From contig OZ287708.1 in NCBI GenBank assembly GCA_965649825.1, positions 1 to 64,000 of the forward strand: 64,000 bases of DNA, in the 5' to 3' direction. Every line of letters begins with the position of its first letter. The first letter of the stretch is position 1. This document shows, piece after piece, positions 54,132 to 64,000 of this stretch. The notes beneath the pieces are model-generated. The model was not told the DNA's origin, ran no database searches, and saw nothing but the letters and a program-made list of their open reading frames with translations. Both the position numbers and the translations under genes were made by a program. The stretch comes from Penicillus capitatus. Lineage: Eukaryota; Plantae; Chlorophyta.

Positions 54132-57100
54132 TGAAGGTGTGGTTGTCTGTCTGTTAGTAAATCTGCCTCGTAATGATTGCGTACTCCAGTCGTACACGTG
54201 CAGACCTTCGGCCATCTTTCGTAGACTCGGCTAACAATCCACCTCGGATGACAGTGTCCAATCGTTTTCAGTACAGCGCAAGTCAACGACGGTCTCGTAG
54301 ACAGCAGATGACTGAGCTTTAGACAGTGAAGCACGGCTTCTGATCGAAGGTCGGTTTGCGAAGACGGGACCCGAGCTTAGGAGTGAGATGGACAGCTGAT
54401 GATTGAGGGCGTCGACAGTGCTTTGCGTCCCACCGTCCGGAGTGCGCCAGGGCGGCAGATTGTCGTTGGAACGGGCCGGTGTGCCGCTGCATCCTTATCG
54501 AAATCGTCCATGCCGTTGCATTTCTAGTGTCTGGTGAGTTCTGAGACAATGAGGGCTGCGACGGAGAGCGTCCGTCTTCTGTAAGAGACCACTTGTCAAA
54601 ATTCCTTGCAGCGAGAGACGAACAGTTACCGCCGACTGCTCTGAGTGCGTATGGCGTTCTGGGACGATGCCGTCAACGCTTCCGAGATCTCGGGCATCGC
54701 AAGGACCGCCGGCACTCGAGTGCACGCCTCTCGGACAGAGGCATAGCGCCTTAGCGTTATCAACAGGCAATAGTGCTTCGCATAGAGAGGGCTGAGCAGT
54801 TGTCCAACCACGGACATGCTACGCGAGGTGCCAGCTGAGTTCCTGAACTTAAGCACATATCGGATGCTCGGATTAGCCGTTGTCCTTGTCTGCCGGCGGA
54901 AGACGATGCGCCGAAGAGATCTGTGGATGCCGGACGGCTTCGCCGAACTGATGGCGACGAGATTGACGACGCATTGCTTCCTGCAACCCCTTCAGCACAG
55001 TCGGGAAGGGGTCGATGTTATAGTTTTCCGTCGTCGCTTCGTAACTCGCTCGCGATAAATAGCGTCAAGACATTGGAATTCAATTGCTTACAATGCTTGT
55101 ACAGTGTCACTCTTTTTAAAAAAGGTGTGATTTCGAGTAAAAAAGTGTTACAATTCTGGTTAAAGGACGCCAGCTTATACCTCGTCACTCGTTTGAAAAG
55201 TGTGACATACAGAAAAGAGTGTCACAATGGTAGTTCACGCAAAATAAAATGTCCACCCCGCCACAAAGTCTGCAGAGAAAGAGTGAGAAGGTGTGAATGT
55301 GCGATGAGAGAACTTACGGTCGGCGAGCGGCGCCTCACAGTGCGGCGCGGGCGGTCTCCCTGAACGAACACTGACACCGATTCCAGTCAGAGTGCGCGAG
55401 GAGAACGAAATGCAACTGAGGATCGACTACTAGGAAGCAGGTGTGCCTCTCTCGGTGCAGCGACGCGCAGCGCGGACATGCAGGAAAGGGGTCATGACAT
55501 GGAAGAGGAAAAAAAGACCCGAGTAAACACAGGCACAGCAGGAAAACAGCAAAGAAAGCAAACTGACACATGCAAGTAGTAAACAGGCAGGAAAAGGTAA
55601 AAAGCAACAGTAAACACAAAAGGAAAATAAGGTAACAGGCAAGCAGGAAAGGAAAAAGACACAGGAAAGGAAAGGAAAGAACAACAAAACAAGCAGGGAG
55701 AATCACAAGAGAGACACCCAGGAGGGAGCAGAGAGGAAAAAGAACAGAAAAGACGGTCCTGGGTGTTTGAGAGAAGCACACCACCGCCGTTCATCGGCAG
55801 TGTACATCCGCCTGCCCCGTGTGCGCGACCCCAAAAGGCGGGCAGGTCGCCAAGGCCCTACCCGCTGGTGCCGCGAAGGGTGCGCGGCACCGCTGCCTCG
55901 GGGTGGGGAAGTGGATGCGGTTCGCTGGGTGATGCTGATGTGCTCTCCGATGTTCTGGAGCTCCAGATGTCGAGTCTGACTTGCTCCATGTTCAAGTTCT
56001 TAGTTACTTGCCACAAAGCTTAGATTCTCTGAGTGTTCGGTCAGTTTTTCATCATGAGTCTGTCATCCAACCACATGTCAAGAGAAGAAAGAGGTGTGTA
56101 GGTAGTCTTACTCTTGATTGTTGGTGTCAGTGAGAGGTCCCTTCGCTGAGACGAAGACAGAGGCGGGAACTGAGACCAGGTTGACTAACCAATTCTCGAT
56201 GACACCACCAGAAGGCTGCTGCTGACAATGCCTTCTGTCCACTGATCAACTTGGGCAGGCTTCTAATCCAGATGTCTCTGCAATCCATGGTGGCACTGGA
56301 TTTGATGCTTCTAATCCCATCCAGAGAAGAATGCTTGAATCGGTGGATGACTGAAGTCCGCATAGCAGGCTCCTCCTCCAGCCATGTCTGCTTTGACGCT
56401 TCTCTTGAGCACAGAATGATGATTCTGTCTCCTCTCTGTGTACCTGCGGCCTCGCTAAGAGAGGAGAGAGTGTTAAGAATGCTAACCTGTCGATTGCGTT
56501 CTTCGTGTGTGGACTGTTGATCTCTGTCAGGAGCGGAGTTGAATGTGACTGTTTGCATCAGCTTCAGTCGAGACTTCTTCCTTCCATTGACAGCTCGCTC
56601 AGTGGACTGTCATGCCTCTCCAGTGGTATTAGCAGTCGATGACAGAGGTCCCGTCCGCTGAAGACTGTGATCGAGCGAACAACACATCGATGCCCGGTTG
56701 AGAAGACCCGATCCGGCTTGGGACACACACATCACTTCTTTCCAGCTGAATGTGATGTGCTGCTCATCGACAGACATCCTTCCACTACCTGACATAACAT
56801 GATCAAACGCACTCTAAGACTTCAAGGATGACCTTAATATGTGTGTCTTCCAGTGGGATGTCGAGCATGGGCAGATGGGTGCTGTAGATTCTGTCGATAG
56901 TTGTTCGTGGTTGTATTCATACAAAACTCCAGAAGCCATCCATGGAGGTACCAGAGTGTCACGTGCCCAGTCACTCGATGATTGACGGACACATTTTCTT
57001 GTCTTGGCAGAGATCAAGCCATTTCCTCGATAACACCCCTATTTCAAATGGGCCTAGAGAAAAACATCTAAGCATGGTAGTCGTTTCGATGACCTCACCT

Positions 57101-59571
57101 ATTGGGTAATGGATTGTAGCTAGTCATTCTATCAGACTTCTTGAACCATGCTTTCTGTTGCACTGGAAAAGTTCTTTATGACACCAGTCATCACACATTG
57201 GATTTTGAACAAGCTCGGCGTCTCCAGACTGGCGAAATGTATCTCTTGTAGTGATCGCTTCACGAGTTCCAATCCTCTGTTAGATGCCGAATGCCTGCGA
57301 TGCGGAAAACCCGACTTGCTTCCCTTGGATGGATGCTTCCTTGCAGCAGCTGGATTCTTCAGACTCCGTGGAAACCAATCGGTCCATCTTGGCATCTTCG
57401 ACAGAAAGGTTGTCTCTGTGAACCTTCTTCTGAGGGATTGAGAGTGGTTGAGACCAGAATTCTCCGGACGTGCTTGTCGGAGTCTTTCGTTGAGAGGTTT
57501 CATGGAAATCACACGACGGATTCTTCAGACCAACAGGCGGCATGTCTGTTCTTGCGAAGATAACTTGCTCCAAAGGCAAACAGATTCTGTGTGTGCTGAA
57601 TGCCTTTTGGGTTGATGAGACTGTTCTCAGTGTCCTTAGGTGGATGTCTCCACACTGTATATTAGATTCTGGAGCTCCAGCGAGACCGAATGATTCATCT
57701 GGACTCTTCTTGAGCAGCTGGTTTTCGTTCGCTGTGTTCCAGGAGACAAAGGATGATCGATCCATGTAGACTTCGGTGCTTTCCAGGATCTCTTGTTGTA
57801 CTTCAGCACGATTCAGCGCGACAGATTCCTCACAGACTACCAGCTTCAGACTGACACGAGGCTTCCTCTTCCAGGTGGCTCCATTGCCTCTGTCATCGTC
57901 CCAATCTCTCCGAGCAATGCTGCACCTCCACGCGGCCGAAGATGCGGCAGTTGTTCATAGACGAACGTCTTCATGCACAGGGTGGATTCCAAAACGCATC
58001 AACGAAATCTGCTTCAGTCTCGTGCAGGGAAGAAAGATTCCGCTTCTCCGGAAGATCACTCGTTAGGATCGGGTATCCAGTTGTCTTGAGCGGATATGCG
58101 ATCGGAGACTTGGTCGACTGGATCCTCTTGCACGACGAAGCTCTGCATCTCTTGAAAACACGCTGAGCGGATCCTACCCTGAAACAATCCCTGTTCTGGC
58201 CAGATCACAATGCGTCTGAAAAAAAACCTGACAGGTCTTACAGTGGAGGATTGGATGAATGGTTGTCCATACAGGCACTCTGGCAGCAAACAGTGCGTTC
58301 CAGAACTGAGGGTATGCACTCGAAAGACCATCTCTCCATTGCCATTGAGGCACGAGCATCTTCAGTCTTTGTCGTCGTCACGTAGACCATGCATTCCCTG
58401 GGCACACTCAATGCTCCAGACCATAATGACTTCGCCACAGCACATTCCCCGATGACACAGAACGAGGCCAGACTCTGACAAAACAACGAAGGTTGGTGCG
58501 TGGCTTCAAAAGGAACTGAGTTGATGCAACCTGGTTGCCTCTAGCAACCCTTCTAGAACCACAGAGGAGTAAGATCTGAAAAGTGAACTAAGAGTGACTC
58601 ACTCTTCTCGTATCATTGATCGATCCAAATAACTTTTCCTGGATGCAACTCTCATGATGTCACCAAATGGGCCTTGTCTGAAACAGGTGACACAATCGGG
58701 ACGAAACACTAAGCAAAAAAGGAATGTTATGCAGCAGCACGTGTAAACTGAACACAGCATCTCCAGGCGACAAATCCTCAGATCGGACATGACGGCCTCC
58801 AGACAGAAAAACGGCAGGTAGAACACGGCAGCTCAGGGCAGCAAAACAGCGAGTAGAACTCGACAGTCTACATCCAGAATAAGGAAACAACTATGACATG
58901 CAAGCCTCTCCACGCAGCAAAACACCAAAAGGACGCAGCAGAACTCCATGCAGCTAGATAGCAAGTACGAACAAGACAGCTTAGTGGAGTAAAACAGAAA
59001 ACAAAATGACCACAGCTTTCAGGCAACAAAAGAGCAAATGAGGAATGAGATCATCATAGCAGTTTAGCAGCTGATATGACATGGCATCATCTGGGCAGCA
59101 AAACAGCAACTAGGACATGCCAGCCTCCGTACAGCAGATCAGAAATCAAGACGACGCCAGCCTCCAGGCAGAAAACAGCAGGTAAGACAACGCCAGCCTC
59201 CGTGCAACAGCTCAGAAATCAGAACGATGCTAGCCTCCAGGCAGCAGATCAGAAATCAAGACAACGCCAGCCTCCCTCCAGGCAGAAAGATTGCAGATCG
59301 GACCAAGATACTTCAACAGAAAAAAACAGATAAGATACGACAGCTTTCATGCACCAAAACAGCTAAAACAAGGCCAGCCACAACAAAGCGAGGGTTGCCG
59401 GCCAGAAAACAGCACACAATGAAAAACAGCCCCCTTGGATCTTTTTGTTTTTTTTTTTTTTAAAAATTTTTATGTCACACTTTTAAGTGTGACTCTATTT
59501 GTTTTTTTTATTTTTTCTAACCCACACAAAAAACAGCATCTGTATAGGAGGAGAACAGGCCCTTAGGCAGA

Positions 59572-60898
59572 TCAATCATGTATCAAAACCTACAGCAAAA
59601 GCACACTAGGAGAGAGAAGGAAAATGGAGTGACTTACGCATTGGCCCGATAGAAAGAATAATCGCTCCGGAATGGCAGTACCCACAGGCACACATTCGCC
59701 GGAGAGGAAATAGGGCCGAGGAGGGATGCCAAGTGGGCCAACAGAGAAGATAAACGGGCGTGGGGGAAAGGGGGGTGGATGGGCGCGGAGGGAAAAGCGG
59801 GAGGTACGTGCAGGGAAAGGAGGGGGACAGGCGGGGACTGAAAACATTAGTGGACGGGACGGAATGATTGGTGGTTGGGATGCCGGGATGCAAAAAACTC
59901 CCGGACGAGAAGGAAAGAGAGGATGCTGGCTATTCTGCACGGAAGGAGGAGACATTGTCACGGTCGGTGGCAGAGAACACTCGGACCACTCCATGATGGA
60001 AGGAGGACACTGGGTCTGTGAGGCCAGAGATGACTGAGGCGGGCCCTGTGGAATCGGAGGAGGACTCGGCGTCTGTGCCGGCTGAGTACACGGCATCTGC
60101 GCTGCCGGATGTGGGCACGGCGTCGTCTGCGCTGCCTGCGACGGCTGGGTACATGGAGGCGGGCACGGCGTCTGCGCCTGTGGAGACGATTGCTGCCGAG
60201 CCTGGGACGGCTGAGGACACGGAGGAGGATTGCACGGAACGTGCTGTTCGTGTGCCTGTAAACAAACCTGTCATGTGATCCTGAGTGAGGAGATCTTACC
60301 TCTCCGCCTCCGATGTCCATCTCAGACTGGCCCTGAGCCAGGCGTTCCCTTCTCTGGTCCGAGGTGAGAACCCTGGCTCGCCGTCCCCTGCGAGGCTGTT
60401 CGGCCTGGGCCCGCGGAGGCCCAAACCGAACAGGAGGGGCCTGCTGCCTCTGCAGCTCGACGCCCCTCCGAGCGGTTGTCTGGGCCTTCATGTCCCAGTA
60501 CAACCGCTCGCGCTCGCTCGGCTCCAGATCGCGGAAGGCCCTGGGCGGTCCGCTACCCTTGACCTCCCGGAGCGTCACCTGCGCGAATCTGAAAAACACA
60601 GAAGGTAAGCATAGCTAGCAACATGGCCGATCGAGGCCAGGGAAGACAGTGGTGGCCGCTGGAAAACAGAACAGAGAAACGTCGATGTGTCGCCGAGAAC
60701 AGGACGGAGGATACGTCGTCGCGAGCAGGGAAGCGCGAACGAACAGGTCGGATTCGGACGCATCCATTTGCATGGAGAGCGTCCGCGGGGCAGGCGGGAG
60801 CTAAAAAGCGCGCGCGAAGCGTCGAAATGTGAACGCAGGACTTACGGCTTTCCGGGGTATCCGTAGTCCTCCTCGGTCATCATTCTCGCGTCAGTCAT
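59572..60898 (-). CDS. Orphan gene X, copy D (exons 60898-60846, 60588-60300, 60255-59638, 59589-59572; ~325 aa)
   Basis: Exon lengths 53/289 conserved; MTDARMMTEEDYGYPGKP-FAQVTLREVKG...; ends VLIHD*. Confidence 0.8.
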
Positions 60899-63800
60899 CG
60901 TCGTCGAAGTAGTCGCAGCAAACAAACGGCAGGAACCGGAAACTCGAGTGCGGAGCGGTCAGCGACAGGACCTTTATAGGCCGCCTCGGTTGCTGCTCGC
61001 CGGCGGCCCGCGGAGGATGGGAACTGCGGCCGTTTGGCGGCGCATGCATGCGCCGCCGGGCAAAGATATGGCCGCCAGCGAGCCAGATTCGCAGGATTCT
61101 GTCGTCGGGACGCGCGACGCGGACGGTAGAGCGCTTTTGGATTCTGTAAATTGCGTTTTACAGGCAAGGCTGTCTGCAGTTTGTCGCTGTGCTCTCTCGT
61201 CTGAGTGTAACGCGAGACGCATCTCATGCGGCTGTTCGACGCAAATCTCCGAACGGCGAACCGTTCGCAGTCAGCCCGGCGTTGCCTGGGCACAGCGGAG
61301 AGGAAGGCGTTCTGTTTTGCACAGGCAGCAAGGACTCGTCGTCGCGGCGGCCGTCTGTTTCTTACGTTTCCGCTGCAGACGCCGTCGGGAGAGCGTTTTG
61401 CGAGGTGTAACCCGAGTCGGTTTGAGGAGTTGCCGGTGCCACTAACTCCCTCGAACATGGAAGGCGCAACAGAACGGCCGGCCTTCTGCGACGAGCAGAC
61501 GGCCACGGAGCCATTGTTCGAGTTCGTGTTCGCTCGCGGCGTCGCGTGTTTCGGAAGTCGCCGCTCGCACAGGCAAATGAACTTCTATCGCGTATTAAAC
61601 CAGCCGCGCAGAATCGTCTGTCTGTGAAGCAGTTGACGACTTCTTTGAACAAACCGGTAGGAGAGAGCTCCGGAGTTCTGAAAACAGTACTTCTAGGGAT
61701 CTGTATCTCGCTGTGGTGCTGCAGCAAGCGAATTGCATTGAATGCAAGCCGGATGACGGAGAGGGTGGACGATTACGATCGTCTGACGACTGCGTGCAGG
61801 TAGATCGGTCAGGTGTCTTTCTCTGGCCGAAAGGACGTGTTCGACGTTGTCATGATAGGCCAGATGGAGTCTGTTCTCGACTGCAGTCGATGTTGCGTTG
61901 CTCGGATCGGCAGCCGCGTTTGCAGGAAGATTCTCTGGCATCTTGCATGCGCTGTTCTCTGCCGGACGCGATCGCCTCAACCAAGGATGCACTGTCACGT
62001 GACGAAAGCTACTGTCATCGGAGTTGTGTTTCTCATGGAGCTCTACGACTGTATACTGGATTCGACGCTGTTGGCAGAAGAGGGTTATTGGCTCGTCGCT
62101 TTTCTGCTAAGATAAGAGAGCCATGTAATGGTGTGTTTACACGGAACGACGACTCTTGTCAGAAGGCACATCCATTCGCGGTCGCGATCGCACAGCGCTG
62201 TAGGAAGATTCTCCGACTATTAATCCTGGCTCCGGTATCGTTCGAGAAGCTGTTTTAGAATAGAAAACGACGACGGTGCCGGATGATGATTCAGTGCCTG
62301 AATTCGCAAAGGCAGCTAACTTGATTGCGGAGACCGAAGACGCGATACATCGAGATGCGGCGGCGGAGGACAGAGCCACAGAACGTCCAGCTAGAAACGC
62401 TGACGACGGTGAAGCATCAGAAGATTCGGTCTCCGATAGTGAGGAAGACATCTCGGTCCAGCGGGTTTCCTCAGATTGCCTTGGAAACAAAAGCAGCAAA
62501 GAAAAGTGCCGTTTCATGACGGCTCTGCTCACCAGTCAAAGTCTTTACGCAGTGCTCTAGTCTGACGTCCCTGCCGGCGACTCGACTCACCTGAAGGACG
62601 CACACGATCCTTATCGTCCTTCGCCTAAAGCGCGTTCTTTCGAGGACATTGTGCACGGTTCGTCGGAGACAGCAAGGGACAACGACGCAGCCGTAAGCGA
62701 TAGGACTGAGTCGAAAGGACTCAGTAGACATCGGTGGTCTGTTGAAGAAGTGGAACGTCGAGCGGCCTTGTAGATGGTGGAGATCTCTGACGCCAGGGAC
62801 CCCGTCAACAGAGAAGGCCAAATGAGAGTCGAACAAAGGCGTTGTCTGCTGTCAGACACTACTTCCTTGTATAACACTTGTCGCAAGACGACGTTTCGTT
62901 CTTGTCTCGGTACAGCAGTATCTCTGACGCGCAGACTTCGCGAGCACGTCTTCAACGAGTTCTAGCAGGTCGTCGCTCTCGTCGTCGCTTTTCGAGCCTT
63001 TGAGGCGTCCTCGAGTCGCAGAAGTCGCGCGGGATTCGCACGTCTCTCGATCCGCAGGTGGTCGAAGACCCGTTATAGCTGAATTCTCTCTTTCTGATCG
63101 ATGCACGGAAGCTGAACACGCATGGATAGATATCCGTATGTCTCGCGGATGGAACGCGCCTTGAGATCAGACCTTTACCGTCCGCAATGACTTGGGGTTC
63201 CTGCGGAGAGCGAGTGTCGATTTTGCGAATTCTGCGGTGTGCCTACTGGGGAGTGTGATCTGCATGTAGAGTCGGATGACAAACGAGGCTGCATTCAACC
63301 TTGACTGGATCTCCATCTCACCTTGCACTTAGCTGACACTCGACCCTGTGTGTTGCCACCGCCACGTGCTGCTTGCTTGTAAACTGAAAGCGGCACAGAC
63401 TTATTAAGAAGACGACCTCTCTTCTACGGACCATCTCTAGGATAGGATGAACTTGGGTTTGTGTTTCTGAGCGATTCAGATATGGCCGAACTTGTCTTCG
63501 GCCAGCGGTGTTATCACTACTGTCTCCTTGGGGGGCGGTAGTCCGTCCGAATCTCCCGCGTCGCGTCGAGACGCTTTCTGCAGCGCCACAGACGACTCTG
63601 GAGGCGTTCGGGACGCAGAGCGGATCCGAATGGCAGTTGCCGAAAAACGGATTGTTCTGTGGCGGCGTGGCGCTCGTCGCCTTCTAGGATCGCTGCGCAG
63701 CGCCCTCGTTTTCTGTTTCGGTCGCCTCGTCGCATGAGATGGAGACGATGACTTCCAAGCTACCAACCAAACGACAGAGGAAGAACGGGCAGATATCCCG

Positions 63801-64000
63801 AGCGTCTGGAATTCGGCCTGCGGCGAAGGCGACAAGATAGAACGCAGCGAAATAGATCGAAGCAGTGAACACAAAGTAACCATATCCTAGTCCATATTAC
63901 CGCATCGCCTCGTCGACCTCGCGCCCTTCGAGCTTCGGTGACGAATGAAGACGCGGGGAAGTAAAAAGTGCCGCTAAACTGGATCGATCTGCCAGAGACT

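Larger units (their letters stand above)
45327..62890. repeat. Segmental duplicate of positions 1-~11910 (plus the element 2 insertion); includes repeat unit D (~54510-62890)
   Basis: Position 1 (GCTCGAAGCTGACGG) = 45327; colinear through CAAAGGCGTTGTCTGCTGTC at ~11850 / ~62833. Confidence 0.92.

Overview
Eukaryotic DNA, probably a chlorophyte alga (inference: 44-64 nt GT-AG introns, TATA boxes and TGTAA-type poly(A) signals downstream of genes). Three layers. (1) Host genes: a Venus-flytrap/Cys-rich/multi-TM receptor-like gene in two copies (one with a 2-bp deletion, one split by an LTR element), a secreted alpha2delta-like Cache-VWA + C-type lectin gene, and a frameshifted GH17 beta-1,3-glucanase. 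(2) Four copies (A-D) of a ~9-10 kb repeat unit. Each has an intact 4-exon orphan gene that the ORF track does not assemble, a decayed ~2.5 kb ORF, a second conserved spliced transcript end, and palindrome clusters. Positions 1-~11.9 kb recur at 45.3-62.9 kb as a mosaic segmental duplication. (3) Two young, mutually divergent Ty3/gypsy LTR retrotransposons (30944-37895 minus; 47162-52799 plus). They share an unusual design: ORF1 is signal peptide + ectodomain + Trp-rich segment + TM helix + Zn finger + protease, followed by an A-AAA-AAC -1 frameshift and dUTPase-like/RT/RNaseH/IN. They also share the same non-canonical PBS. In element 1 the ectodomain resembles a degenerate torsin/LAP1-type AAA+ domain. 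All family assignments come from motif recognition by eye; no searches were run.
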